Assembly: GCA_023380635.1 (NCBI GenBank)
Contig: JAMCRP010000001.1
Span: 173,305-237,304 of the forward strand
DNA: 64,000 nucleotides
Origin: Patescibacteria group bacterium
Lineage (GTDB): Bacteria > Patescibacteriota > Microgenomatia > JAMCZE01
Direction: 5' to 3'
The translations under genes and the position numbers were made by a program. The notes below the pieces were generated by a model. The model was not told the origin of the DNA and searched no databases. It saw only the letters and a program-made list of their open reading frames with translations. Numbering within the stretch: position 1 is the first letter of the stretch; each line of letters opens with the position of its first letter. This document shows positions 27,475 through 37,884 of the stretch, piece after piece.

Positions 27475-28395
27475 ATGAATTGTTTAGTCACCGGAGGAGC
27501 AGGATTCATTGGCAGTCATCTTGTTGACCGATTATTATCCGACGGTCATGAAGTTACAGTTATTGATAACTTCTCAACGGGCAGACCGGAAAACCTCGCC
27601 GGAAAAAAAGTTGAAATAATTAAGAGAAGCATTTGCGATAATCTGGATCAAATTTTCGAAAATGAGAAATTTGAGGTAGTTTTTCACCTGGCTGCTATTC
27701 CGCGGGTTCAGCTCTCCATAAATGACCCCGTCAATACCCACGAAACTAATATCAACGGCACTTTTAATCTTTTGCTCACCTGTCGGAAGTTTAATGTAAA
27801 GCGGTTTGTCTTTTCCTCCAGCTCATCAGTTTATGGTGACCAGGACCGTTTACCGCTTGTCGAAACAATGACCCCGAACCCAAGTTCACCTTATGCCTTG
27901 CATAAGCTTGTTGGCGAGCATTATTGCCGCTTGTTCCGGGAGCTTTATGGCCTGGAAACTATCAGTTTGCGTTATTTTAATGTCTATGGTCCCCGTCAGA
28001 ATCCAGATGGCGGTTACGCTAATCTTATTCCCAAATTCTTCCGGATGCTCAAAGACGGCAACAGTCCCGTAATTAATGGCACCGGGAAACAAACCAGAGA
28101 CTTTACCTATGTTGGTGATGTTGTCGAAGCCAACCTTCTGGCCGCAAACACAACAAACCCCGATTGTTTTGGCCAAACTTTTAATGTTGGTGCCGGAAAG
28201 AATTACTCTGTTAACGAAGTGGCCGAAATAATTATTAAACTGACAGGCTCAAAATCCAAGGTTAGCTATGGGCCAAAAGTGGTCGAGCCTCAGAACACTC
28301 TGGCAGATATCTCTAAATCAACAAAACTGCTTGGCTGGTCGCCAAAAACCAATTTTACCGAGGGGATGAAAATAGTCTTTCGTACTCTGAAATAA
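27475..28395 (+). CDS. NAD-dependent sugar epimerase/dehydratase (SDR, GalE/WbpP-like)
   Basis: TGGAGFIGSHLVDRLL Rossmann motif; catalytic YALHK (YxxxK). Confidence 0.85.
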   Translation: MNCLVTGGAGFIGSHLVDRLLSDGHEVTVIDNFSTGRPENLAGKKVEIIKRSICDNLDQIFENEKFEVVFHLAAIPRVQLSINDPVNTHETNINGTFNLLLTCRKFNVKRFVFSSSSSVYGDQDRLPLVETMTPNPSSPYALHKLVGEHYCRLFRELYGLETISLRYFNVYGPRQNPDGGYANLIPKFFRMLKDGNSPVINGTGKQTRDFTYVGDVVEANLLAANTTNPDCFGQTFNVGAGKNYSVNEVAEIIIKLTGSKSKVSYGPKVVEPQNTLADISKSTKLLGWSPKTNFTEGMKIVFRTLK

Positions 28396-29386
28396 TTTTC
28401 GGCCAGGAAAATCTTTCTGCTTCTCTCATAGCAACCGTTTTACCTGCAGCAAACTCCAGGGCCTTTGCATACTGATCGCTGTCCGTCGGGTCAACAAAAA
28501 TTCCGGCATCACCTAAAATCCAGCGTGGCCGGGGCGCATCGGTCGCCACGCAAACTTTTCCCGCGGCCAAACTTTCCAGAAAAACCATCGGCGAATTCTC
28601 CTGAGGGCTCGATGGCAGAGTGATAATATCTGCGGCGGCATAGTAGCCCGGTATATCCTTATAATCTACAACCAAACTCAAAAACCGCTTCTTTCCCAAC
28701 AGCTTCTCACCTGTTTCTTTAATTTCATCCAATAATTCTCCCTGGCCCAAATGCAACAAACTTCCTCTCTCCATTTTCGCGACGGCTTTTATGGCTAAAT
28801 CAACTCTTTTGTAAGGTACAGCGGCAGCCGGACAAAGAATAATTGGTCGTTCCAGATCTAGCTTTACGGGTTTTGCTTTCCTAAAAGTTTCGCAATCGAT
28901 ACCATAGGGAATTGTTTCCACTCTTGTCCACGGACTGACTTTCTTAGCCCACTGGGCAGTCGGCTCTGTCGTGGCCACAAACACATCCGGCTTCAGCCAC
29001 AAATTCCACCTTTCATCCCAATATGGCCCCGAGTGGCCGGTAATAAGAATTTTGCTTCTTAGAAAAAACTTACAAAGAATGACCTGCCAAAAACCGTTCA
29101 AGGGAATTATCCAATCGTATTTTTCTTTTTGCAATTGCGGCAATATCTGCTTGGTAAACTGAAGTACAGAAATAGCTGCCGGATCCAGGAACAGTCTCTT
29201 GCGTAGCATTAAAAAGAAATTATTTGGCTGCTGGTGTTCCGGCTGAGTAATTTTTACGGTCGTATCTCTGCCTGAAAAAAATCTGACTTCATATTTCCCG
29301 TCCAGGCGGCGGGCCAGTTCTTCTGTAAAGCTTTCCGCTCCCCGATTATTAATTCCGCTGTAAAGATTTAAAAATGCTATTTTCAT
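28355..29386 (-). CDS. GT4-like glycosyltransferase
   Basis: The C-terminal domain has MVFLESLAAGKVCVATD (an E-x7-E variant). Confidence 0.65.
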   Translation of the reverse strand: MKIAFLNLYSGINNRGAESFTEELARRLDGKYEVRFFSGRDTTVKITQPEHQQPNNFFLMLRKRLFLDPAAISVLQFTKQILPQLQKEKYDWIIPLNGFWQVILCKFFLRSKILITGHSGPYWDERWNLWLKPDVFVATTEPTAQWAKKVSPWTRVETIPYGIDCETFRKAKPVKLDLERPIILCPAAAVPYKRVDLAIKAVAKMERGSLLHLGQGELLDEIKETGEKLLGKKRFLSLVVDYKDIPGYYAAADIITLPSSPQENSPMVFLESLAAGKVCVATDAPRPRWILGDAGIFVDPTDSDQYAKALEFAAGKTVAMREAERFSWPKIISEYERLFSSPR

Positions 29387-30090
29387 AGTTTACCTTGAGC
29401 CCCGTCGAAGGGTTTTTCTGCCACGACAAACAGGTGCGGTCCCCAATATTTAAATATTCGGAAAACCTTCTGCCATGGTTTAGCATTTGGGAGTTCCATC
29501 TCCCAAAAAGAGTCGGCTTCAACTATTTTAAGTTTTTTATCCCGTAAAAAGCGAGCCACATCTCCCAGATATGGTTCTAACGTCGTGTCAAAATCACTTT
29601 CAAAGGTGTCCACGGTGTCAGTTTGCGGCTGAACCCGGTTCCAGCTTCGGTTAAATAATAGTTTCAATATTCGCGATCCCTTAAAATTTGGCGAGGCGCG
29701 ATTCGGTGCGCCGTAGTTCGGCGCAAGAATTATTAATAATCCACCGGGCCGGAGAACCCTGACCATTTCCGCCAACAACTCTTTTGGTTTTTCCGTGTGC
29801 TCCAAAACAAAAAAACTGACTACCCGGTCGAAACAGTTGTCTTTATATGGCAGTTTTATTCCGTCAAACTTATCAAAACCAAACTTTTCGGCCAAATCAC
29901 TGACATCGCAGCCCTTACGCTTGGTTGTTTTCCCGCCTAATTTTTTGAGCTTACTGCCGTCGCCGCAACCGACATCAAGGATTGCTTTAGCGTCTTTACA
30001 ATACTCGACCGCCCTGAGAAAACCGGGGTGATCAAACTTTTCTCTCCGGGCGATTCTCTCGTAATACTTTTTGTCCGACCAGATTTTCAT
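29383..30090 (-). CDS. class I SAM-dependent methyltransferase
   Basis: ILDVGCGDGSKL motif I and post-I/II motifs (Methyltransf_11-like). Confidence 0.8.
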   Translation of the reverse strand: MKIWSDKKYYERIARREKFDHPGFLRAVEYCKDAKAILDVGCGDGSKLKKLGGKTTKRKGCDVSDLAEKFGFDKFDGIKLPYKDNCFDRVVSFFVLEHTEKPKELLAEMVRVLRPGGLLIILAPNYGAPNRASPNFKGSRILKLLFNRSWNRVQPQTDTVDTFESDFDTTLEPYLGDVARFLRDKKLKIVEADSFWEMELPNAKPWQKVFRIFKYWGPHLFVVAEKPFDGAQGKL

Positions 30091-30869
30091 ATTCGGAAAC
30101 TCCTCTTAATATTTTTGGCAGGAGTAACTATACTCGCAGCGACTTCATACAGTACCGATCTTCTTGGGAAATCTAATTCTGCAAATACCTCGGGCAATTC
30201 TTGCGATTGAAAAACCAATCCTTTTTCCAACTTTTGAGAACGAATCCCGGCCACTTTCAGATTACTTGAGGATCGTTTCAAATGAGTAGCGTGCAGATAC
30301 CAACTGTCAGAAAACTGCAATTTCTCGTCCCAACCATTTAGAGATTTCCCTTGATATTCATACATCTCTAAGGGATAAACTCCCCCAACAGTCAGGCCGG
30401 GAATGTTTCGGAAACCCCGCATATTAAAATTTCCCCTTCTCCCCTGAAATTGATATTTGCCCGCGTTTTCCGGAAGATAGTGATAGATGTCACCAACCGC
30501 ATTGCGGCTCCGACAATAAACGGCAATCTTTTCCTTAGGCATTGTTTCCAGGTCATGAAGAAACTTTTTAATATTGGTACTAGACCAAACTTCGTCGCCG
30601 TCCAAAAGCATAAAAAAGTCGGTTTTTGTCCGGTCGATCATTTCCTGACGAAACGAGACCAACTTTTCCGGCGAAACCGGACCTTTTTCTTCGAAAAAAA
30701 TTTTTTTATCGTGGATACTATTTATAATGTCCTTTGTCTTATCTGTGGAACCGGTATCATACAAAAGTATCTTATCAACTAAAGGAAGCACCGATTGAAG
30801 AGCAAATCCCACGAATTGGTCTTCGTTTCGAACCAGGCTATGAACGGTGACGGACATATTGCCAAACAA
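30087..30869 (-). CDS. putative GT-A fold glycosyltransferase (GT2-like)
   Basis: LLYDTGSTDKT and the DxD-like LLDGDEVW. Weaker match than the other GT2 genes. Confidence 0.45.
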   Translation of the reverse strand: MFGNMSVTVHSLVRNEDQFVGFALQSVLPLVDKILLYDTGSTDKTKDIINSIHDKKIFFEEKGPVSPEKLVSFRQEMIDRTKTDFFMLLDGDEVWSSTNIKKFLHDLETMPKEKIAVYCRSRNAVGDIYHYLPENAGKYQFQGRRGNFNMRGFRNIPGLTVGGVYPLEMYEYQGKSLNGWDEKLQFSDSWYLHATHLKRSSSNLKVAGIRSQKLEKGLVFQSQELPEVFAELDFPRRSVLYEVAASIVTPAKNIKRSFRI

Positions 30870-32052
30870 CTAAATAATAGGAAAAGTTAAAAATCTGCCC
30901 CAAAATGTAAGCTGTTACCGCTCCCCAAATTCCAAATCGGGGTATTAGCCCGAAATAAAGTGCGATACTCACAATCAGCTGCATCGCCGAACCGGTCAGA
31001 TGCCAAACCGATTTTCCTTTCTGGTACAAGACCACTGCAGTGAAAGGCCCGGAAAGAAAGAAAAAAACCATGCCGACCAGCATCCAATTAAAGGCCGGAA
31101 TTGCTTCCAGATATTTATTGCCAAAAACCAGCGGAATAACGATTCCGGAAACAATAATCGTTGCCAACATTCCCAAACTGGCCAGAAAAGATATCAGAAT
31201 ATAATCCCTAAAAGCCTTCGTCTGTTGGGAAATTGTCGAAAGTTTTGGTGAAAAAACTCCCTCCAGAGCCGCGGCCACCTGGGCGAAAACCGAAAGGAGT
31301 TTTTGGGCCGAACTGTAAATACCCGTCACGGCAGCTCCGCCCAAAAGATAAAGTATGGGGATATCAATCTTTGCGGTTAGCGAGGCGATACCATAAGACA
31401 ACGCCAACCAGCGGCAATAATTAACAACTTCTCTAAGGATTCGGCGGGCACTCGTAAAGTCTAGCAGCTGCCAGCGAAAGTTTATCCACAGTATAGCTAT
31501 CCCCATAATAAAAGCGGCAGCGTTTGCCAGACTAAAAACTGTCAGGGCTGACACTGTCTTCAATAACCCTAAAACAACCAGATAATAGGTCAACGCCAAT
31601 CGGATGGTATTGCCAAAAATGTTGACAAAGACATAGCTCATATATTTCTGTCTGGCCAAAAAACTCTGGGTAACCAAACTGACAAAAAGGAGCGAGACAC
31701 CGACGGCCGCGCCGTAAATTTGCAGATGATCTCCCAAAACTATTGAAGCAACAAAAAAGACCGCTGTAATAATTACTCCGACGGCAATTCTCTGAAGCGT
31801 TGCCAGGGAAAAAATAGCCGGAAACCGCTCCTGCGCCCCGAACTTTACTAAAGCGCTGCCCAGCCCCAGATCTCCCAGTTCTGAAGCCAGGAGCCCCAGG
31901 CCAAGCAGATAGGAAAAATAACCAAAGCCCGAAAGCCCCAAAATCCGGGCGACCAGAATATAGAAAACAAACCCCAGGAGGGAGTTAAAAACCGTCCCCG
32001 CGCTTAAACCGGCACTTTGAAAAAAATTCTGTCTATTGGTTAACCGCCACAT
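30838..32052 (-). CDS. Wzx-type polysaccharide flippase (MOP/PST family)
   Basis: About 12 TM, and the N-terminal pattern AGTVFNSLLGFVFYILVARILGLSGFGYFS typical of Polysacc_synt proteins. Confidence 0.75.
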   Translation of the reverse strand: MWRLTNRQNFFQSAGLSAGTVFNSLLGFVFYILVARILGLSGFGYFSYLLGLGLLASELGDLGLGSALVKFGAQERFPAIFSLATLQRIAVGVIITAVFFVASIVLGDHLQIYGAAVGVSLLFVSLVTQSFLARQKYMSYVFVNIFGNTIRLALTYYLVVLGLLKTVSALTVFSLANAAAFIMGIAILWINFRWQLLDFTSARRILREVVNYCRWLALSYGIASLTAKIDIPILYLLGGAAVTGIYSSAQKLLSVFAQVAAALEGVFSPKLSTISQQTKAFRDYILISFLASLGMLATIIVSGIVIPLVFGNKYLEAIPAFNWMLVGMVFFFLSGPFTAVVLYQKGKSVWHLTGSAMQLIVSIALYFGLIPRFGIWGAVTAYILGQIFNFSYYLVVWQYVRHRS

Positions 32053-33343
32053 AATCAGCCTCTATTTTAGCGCCGCCAGGGTTAATTATTCTAATATTAA
32101 CTCCCGGGTCATGAGAAAAATAATAGCGCACAAATTCCCCGACACCATAGTTTTCTGTAGCAACCACAATTTTTTTACCAGCTGCCAAAATCCTGATCGC
32201 TTCTATTTGTTTTGCTGCTTTTAGCCCTGAAGGCCAACCGGTAAAGAATTGCCACTGCTCCACAGCCGGTAGCGGCGCTGTTGCCGGCGATACCTCTATT
32301 TGCATAAACAGAATTAACGGCTGAATTAAAAAAGCAACCAGGATCACTAAACGCAACATTCCCAATTTTAGACTACCGATTAAATAAGCATCCAACAGAA
32401 ACCCTGGTACCAATAAAATTAGTAAATACCGAGGGAAAAAAATCTTTGCCAAAAAAGCTTCAGCCAGCAGTGGCAGAAAAAAAGTTATCGCCAAAAATGC
32501 CGCCGATTTGTTTTTGTGAACCAGGTTATAAACCCCGGCGATTAAAACGCCAACCAGTGGCAGCACCCCTAAATAAACAGCCAGCCAATCTTTCAAACTC
32601 ATTTTTAAATTAGTCAGGAGTACCTCCCGAATGTGTTTGGCGGCAAAAAACGGCGAATAAACAAAGGTCTGGTTTTTATCGGCAATGGCCGCAAAGCCGG
32701 GAGCAAACAAAATTGGCAAATATATCGCTCCTGCAATGATAATAACTAGCAATAGTAATTTATTCTTTTTAATTATCAGCATTGTCAGCGGCACCAAAAA
32801 AACAAACATCTGGGCAATCGTCTTGGTGACCAGGGCCAGCCCGTAAAAAACACCGGATATCAGCACCCACCGAAGACTCTTTAGCCTTGATGCCTTTACT
32901 AAACCAAAAAGAAATCCGGTCAAAAGAAAAACCAGAAGCCCGTCCAGAAGGCTGAGTCGGTTATAAACCAGGGCAAACGGTGAAAAGACATAAAATAGCA
33001 TCGCGATTTGACCGGTCCTCTGATCAAACAATTCTTTTCCTAAAAAATAGACCAGCGTTGCTGTCCCCAGTCCCGCCAGAAGCGACATAACTCTTCCGGC
33101 CAGAATCGGGTCGGGTAATCTGGAAAGGGCAGTCAGCAGCCAGAAAAACAGCGGTTCTTTCCCGTCAGCAAAAGAAATCCAGAGCGGGTTACTTATCCCT
33201 TCCCGAACCAAACGAAGATAATAAACCTCATCGGTAAAAAGCGGCCAGGAAACCAGTCCCCAAGCTCGTGTTATCAAATAAATGACAACCAGAGTCAGAA
33301 AAAACCAGTTAGGTTTTATTTGCTTTAAGATCAATTTTCCCAT
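32033..33343 (-). CDS. GT-C fold glycosyltransferase (PMT_2/ArnT-like)
   Basis: LFTDEVYYL acidic motif after TM1; polytopic. Confidence 0.6.
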   Translation of the reverse strand: MGKLILKQIKPNWFFLTLVVIYLITRAWGLVSWPLFTDEVYYLRLVREGISNPLWISFADGKEPLFFWLLTALSRLPDPILAGRVMSLLAGLGTATLVYFLGKELFDQRTGQIAMLFYVFSPFALVYNRLSLLDGLLVFLLTGFLFGLVKASRLKSLRWVLISGVFYGLALVTKTIAQMFVFLVPLTMLIIKKNKLLLLVIIIAGAIYLPILFAPGFAAIADKNQTFVYSPFFAAKHIREVLLTNLKMSLKDWLAVYLGVLPLVGVLIAGVYNLVHKNKSAAFLAITFFLPLLAEAFLAKIFFPRYLLILLVPGFLLDAYLIGSLKLGMLRLVILVAFLIQPLILFMQIEVSPATAPLPAVEQWQFFTGWPSGLKAAKQIEAIRILAAGKKIVVATENYGVGEFVRYYFSHDPGVNIRIINPGGAKIEADYVAVNQ

Positions 33344-34718
33344 CTTTAATTATGAAATTAACCTCATAAAAAGGTGCAGATTTCGGTAATCGATCAGTGT
33401 ACAGCCAGGATAAATATAAGTCCATATAAGATTTTACCGGCTCATGGCCCAAATAGGTAAAAAGATAGCGAAAACCATACGGTTGACAATGGCCCAGACA
33501 GGTAACATCAAAAGAAAACGGCTGATTACCCACGACCTGAATAGCTTTTTGCACCGCCTGCAACTTTTCCGGATAGGATTCGCTGTGATAGGCGGCCAGC
33601 ATTTTTGTCATATTAAGCCAGAGAAAAATCCCGATTAAGACTACACCAAACATTTTCCCGAGGTTGTTTTGCCAAATCCGATCAAAGCTGGTCCCGGCAA
33701 GAAAAAACAAAGGAATTGCTATCGGAGTGTAATAATAGCCGGAAATTGGGCTGCGGAAAATCAACAATCCTAAAACCGTCGCCCCAACTTGCAACCACAA
33801 CAGCTGGTATGCCCGATCTTTCTTCGCCAATTTTAACGAAACTATCACCAGGAAAAGCATCAATACTGAAACAATTTGCATCTGTCCTCGGTCCAGAGTA
33901 TTGTCTCCCAAAGTAAGCTGACTACTAACATCATTGTTATCCTGATAAGCAAACAACTTTCCGGAAGTATTTAATAATTCTGTCGTTACCGCTACTGTCC
34001 TATTAGGAAAAGTTTGAGTATTGGCTTTTGGGGCCGTAAAGTATGTCGCCAAGGCTCGCAGTTCCAAAAAATTGTGCCGGGCTTCAAAAAGAAAAACCGG
34101 AGAAAAAGACAGGAGAAAAATTATTGCCGCCAAAACCGTAGTTTTAATATTCAATTTTTGGTAGCCCATTACCAAGGCCAAAACCGCAAATAAGAAAAGC
34201 GACATCCCTGTTCCGTGAGCGCTGACGGCTAAGGCCAAAGTTAGTGCCAGGAGTATTAATTTTCGTTTATAGACGAAATAGAACACTAGTAAACTTAAAA
34301 TTGGGGTAAGCGAGGCATTCCAATAATGCCGGTCCCACAGGCTCATCAGCATCGAGCCGGAATATAATATGGCGGCAAAAAAAGCCGCCCGTTCGCCAAA
34401 CATTTTTTTGCCCAGGAAATATACCAATAGAGCTGTAATCGCTCCCAAAGATGAAACAAAAATTCCAAAAACCACTGGATCCCCCCGGCCGATAAAAGCC
34501 ACGATCGCCATTAAATAGACAAACCAGGGCGTGGTGTAAATCCCGGTGTCGGCCATACTGCCGCCGATCAGGGGAAAATGATAACCGGTGGCAATGTTAA
34601 GCGGGATGTAACTCCAATATTCTTCATCCATTGTCCAATGCAAAAGCTGCGGCAAATGATAGAAGCGCATGAAAACCGCCAAAACCAAAATAGTCAGCAA
34701 AAAAATTTTAGTCTTCAC
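33309..34718 (-). CDS. GT-C fold glycosyltransferase (PMT_2/ArnT-like)
   Basis: HWTMDEEYWS motif after TM1; polytopic. Confidence 0.6.
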   Translation of the reverse strand: MKTKIFLLTILVLAVFMRFYHLPQLLHWTMDEEYWSYIPLNIATGYHFPLIGGSMADTGIYTTPWFVYLMAIVAFIGRGDPVVFGIFVSSLGAITALLVYFLGKKMFGERAAFFAAILYSGSMLMSLWDRHYWNASLTPILSLLVFYFVYKRKLILLALTLALAVSAHGTGMSLFLFAVLALVMGYQKLNIKTTVLAAIIFLLSFSPVFLFEARHNFLELRALATYFTAPKANTQTFPNRTVAVTTELLNTSGKLFAYQDNNDVSSQLTLGDNTLDRGQMQIVSVLMLFLVIVSLKLAKKDRAYQLLWLQVGATVLGLLIFRSPISGYYYTPIAIPLFFLAGTSFDRIWQNNLGKMFGVVLIGIFLWLNMTKMLAAYHSESYPEKLQAVQKAIQVVGNQPFSFDVTCLGHCQPYGFRYLFTYLGHEPVKSYMDLYLSWLYTDRLPKSAPFYEVNFIIKDGKIDLKANKT

Positions 34719-35422
34719 TTTTTGGCCACGATTAATATCGACACTCCAAACGGCATGTTGATAAAACGCAGGAGAAACCTTTCGACAGCCGCGGCAAAGA
34801 GAAGAAAATTATTAACTGCCGGCGGCAGCTCCACAAAATCCGACTCCTGGCGGCCGCCCAGCCGGCTTTTAATTAAACGGATAATAAAAGCCGGGGAATG
34901 GGGACAAAAAAAATAGGTTGCCTTTTCCACCCGCAGACCACTGTTAGCCACGAGCTTTCGCGCCTGCCCCAGAGTGTAGCGGCGTTTGTGGCCAAGCATT
35001 TCGTCCCAATAGGTCCACAAAAACTGATAGGCCGGGACAGTGAGAATTAATCTGCCGCCGTCTTGCAGGAGTTCGTATATGCCGGAAAGCAACTTGTCGT
35101 CATGCTCCACATGTTCCAAAACATCCAAACATAAGACAGTATCAAAAGTTCCCGCAGGATAGGGCAGGGGTTTTTCAAAGTCCGCGGCTTTAACTTTTTC
35201 CAGTCCCCGCTTTCGGCAAAACACCAAAGCCTCTCTTGAACCGTCCAGCCCATACGCGTCATACCCGGATTCTTTCAGTTCTGATAGCATTGACCCGGTC
35301 CCGCAGCCGACATCCAGAATCTTTTTCCCTTGCAAAAACCTTTTAACTAGTTGCCTTTTGGCGACATGCCACCAGTAAGTTTTCTCCTGGCGGTACATCT
35401 CCGGATAAAGGTCTTCCCTCAT
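34715..35422 (-). CDS. class I SAM-dependent methyltransferase
   Basis: ILDVGCGTGSML. Paralogous to the MTases at 29383 and 43332. Confidence 0.8.
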   Translation of the reverse strand: MREDLYPEMYRQEKTYWWHVAKRQLVKRFLQGKKILDVGCGTGSMLSELKESGYDAYGLDGSREALVFCRKRGLEKVKAADFEKPLPYPAGTFDTVLCLDVLEHVEHDDKLLSGIYELLQDGGRLILTVPAYQFLWTYWDEMLGHKRRYTLGQARKLVANSGLRVEKATYFFCPHSPAFIIRLIKSRLGGRQESDFVELPPAVNNFLLFAAAVERFLLRFINMPFGVSILIVAKK

Positions 35423-35426
35423 TTTA

Positions 35427-36776
35427 TTAGTGATAAATATTAAAGACTAACTGCATTGCAATAACATTTAAAGCCACCATGGCTGTGGCCGAAAGAATTG
35501 CCCCAATTTTTTTCCAGCGCCCGAAAAGAGCTGTGATACCTGCCAAAAGGAGGGCCATCTGGGGAATGATATTGGGAAAAAGATATCTTCCCTGAAGCCC
35601 CAGGGAGAATCCGGTTGACTGCATCAGCCGCCAGTCCCAAAAGACCAGATAAATAAGATAGAAGGCGGAAGAAAGAAGAAAAAAAATTAACGCCTTTAAC
35701 TCAAAAGTAATTTTCCAGTTTTTAGCTGCTAACAATATTTTTATCACTAATCCAAGTGCGGCCAGAACTGCCACCCGGGTGATTATTTTCATAACCATCG
35801 GCGGCAAGGTAACTCCCAGCCATTTGAAAACTCCCCAATACCACGGCCACATTTCAAACGCCAGTTTTCCAACTCGGAAATGCAAATAATCCAAAAAGCT
35901 AATTGCTCCGGCGGGACCAACCCCGGGCATGTAAGGGATTGGTATACGCAAAAGAAAAGCCGCAATCGGCGAAAGCAGGACTCCCGCCGCCAATATGATT
36001 CCCAAAAGCTTTCTTTTGAAAAAGAGATAGACAAAAACCGCCACCGCAACGGGCAGGAAAAAAATCATAAACTGTTTCGTCTGCATTCCCAAGAACAAGG
36101 TGGCGGCTGATACCACTGCCAGTTTCCAGGAAAACCCCTTCTTTAAGGCAAAAAGCAAAATCAGTATTCCCAGAGAATATAAAAGATTAAGCAGATTATC
36201 TGGATGGATGCCGGCTGAAACATAGGAAATCATCGGCTGAAAGGAGACTATTATTCCCAGGGAAAAAGCGAAAAGATTATCTTCCCAGATCAGTTTTCCG
36301 ATTTTGAAAGCGACTGCCGCCAAAAGCAAATTTAAAATTACCGGTAGGATTCTGGCGGCCATTACCCGGTTGACAAGATTTTGAGAATAGACAGCGTTAT
36401 AAAAAGGCACCGAAAGGTCATAATAAAGCGGTGGATAGACGGCAGCTTCCTGACCGACATAAGTAGTCCTGGCCACGATAGGCATAACCGGAACGGGAGA
36501 ATTGTTTTTATATTCCGGATGGTAGGTATACTTATTATTTCCCCGCTCATCCCGGCGCGTCCCCAGAATATCTTCGGCAGTCGCTTCCTCTAACGAAAGA
36601 TTATTTACCGGATCGATTTGAGTGGTCTTCTTTTCCGCGTACCACTGCAACTGAGCAAAATGTGCCTGTTCATCCGGGGTCTGAAAAATCGGCACCAGAT
36701 TTATCCAAAGCAGGCTTTTAAGTAAAACTGCCGCCAGCAATAAAACCAAAAAATAATTACTCCGCAGCCACTTCAT
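35427..36776 (-). CDS. GT-C-like polytopic membrane protein
   Basis: QTPDEQAHF motif after TM1; about 12 TM. Confidence 0.55.
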   Translation of the reverse strand: MKWLRSNYFLVLLLAAVLLKSLLWINLVPIFQTPDEQAHFAQLQWYAEKKTTQIDPVNNLSLEEATAEDILGTRRDERGNNKYTYHPEYKNNSPVPVMPIVARTTYVGQEAAVYPPLYYDLSVPFYNAVYSQNLVNRVMAARILPVILNLLLAAVAFKIGKLIWEDNLFAFSLGIIVSFQPMISYVSAGIHPDNLLNLLYSLGILILLFALKKGFSWKLAVVSAATLFLGMQTKQFMIFFLPVAVAVFVYLFFKRKLLGIILAAGVLLSPIAAFLLRIPIPYMPGVGPAGAISFLDYLHFRVGKLAFEMWPWYWGVFKWLGVTLPPMVMKIITRVAVLAALGLVIKILLAAKNWKITFELKALIFFLLSSAFYLIYLVFWDWRLMQSTGFSLGLQGRYLFPNIIPQMALLLAGITALFGRWKKIGAILSATAMVALNVIAMQLVFNIYH

Positions 36777-37884
36777 ATAACAATTTCTTCAATTTTGTCA
36801 GATTATTATCCCATGTATAGCTTCTCTTTGTCAGGGCCAGGGCGTGATTGGCCAGTTCCCGGCGTTGGCGGGTGTCAGACAAGATCTTCTCCAGTACCCG
36901 GGCTAGTTCGTCCGTATTGTTCGGCGTCACCAATAGTCCGGTTTCGCCATCTTTAACAACCTCACTTGTGCCGGCAATATTAGAAGCCACGACCACGGTT
37001 TTAGAGGCAAAAGACTCCAATGCCACATGCGGCAACCCTTCATAATCTGAAAAAAGGACTAAGATCTCAGATTTGTCTATCACCTCATGGCTTTGATCCG
37101 GCAAAACATCTCCTAGAAAACAAATTCTCGCCGACAGCCCAAATTTTTTAACCAGACTTTCCAGTCTTTGTCTTTCTTCCCCGTCACCGACGATTTTCAG
37201 GGAGAACTTTACCTCTTTTTTGACTAATTTATTAGCGGCTTCAATGATCAGGTCAACATTTTTCCATGGCGCCAGACGACCCACCACCACAATCTGCTCG
37301 GCAACTTTTTGAGGTTGGCTAGAAAGTATTTCTACGGAATTGGGAATTACCAGGAGTTGTTTAGCGGGGACTTGATAGTACTTTTCCAGTAATCTTGCCA
37401 GATAGAAAGCCGGAGTGATGACTTTGTCGCTTCGTCGCAAAACCAGTTTAGTAATTTTATACAAAAGACCCTGATGTTTCTGCTCGGTCTGTAAAAACAT
37501 CTCTAAAGTCGAACTTACCAAAATTTTCCCCCGGCGCCGGCCCTCTTCCCAGGCGGGATCACCAACATACTTGGTAATTATTTTCTTCCCCAGAATTTTT
37601 CCGGCCGTCAAGGCTACCAAACCAACCACTGCCGGTTCCTGGATATAAATTAAATCCGCCCAAAGTCCCTGTCGCAAGCAGGCAAAAAACAAATTCAGCT
37701 GTCTTGTCAGGGTATTTCCGGATTTAGAAATAATCGTCGCCCTGTTGTCGGAAACAGACTTGGCCCCAAAACTGATTACCCGAACATCAAATTCGGGGAT
37801 TAAACGGTTTAGAAGTTCCCGGCTATATGTTGCCGGCCCGCCAATCTCAGGAGAGTAAATTGGAGAGACAATCAGCAGCTTCAT
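36757..37884 (-). CDS. GT4 glycosyltransferase
   Basis: MKLLIVSPIYSPEIGGPATY...EGLPHVALESFASKTVVV. Confidence 0.8.
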   Translation of the reverse strand: MKLLIVSPIYSPEIGGPATYSRELLNRLIPEFDVRVISFGAKSVSDNRATIISKSGNTLTRQLNLFFACLRQGLWADLIYIQEPAVVGLVALTAGKILGKKIITKYVGDPAWEEGRRRGKILVSSTLEMFLQTEQKHQGLLYKITKLVLRRSDKVITPAFYLARLLEKYYQVPAKQLLVIPNSVEILSSQPQKVAEQIVVVGRLAPWKNVDLIIEAANKLVKKEVKFSLKIVGDGEERQRLESLVKKFGLSARICFLGDVLPDQSHEVIDKSEILVLFSDYEGLPHVALESFASKTVVVASNIAGTSEVVKDGETGLLVTPNNTDELARVLEKILSDTRQRRELANHALALTKRSYTWDNNLTKLKKLLYEVAAE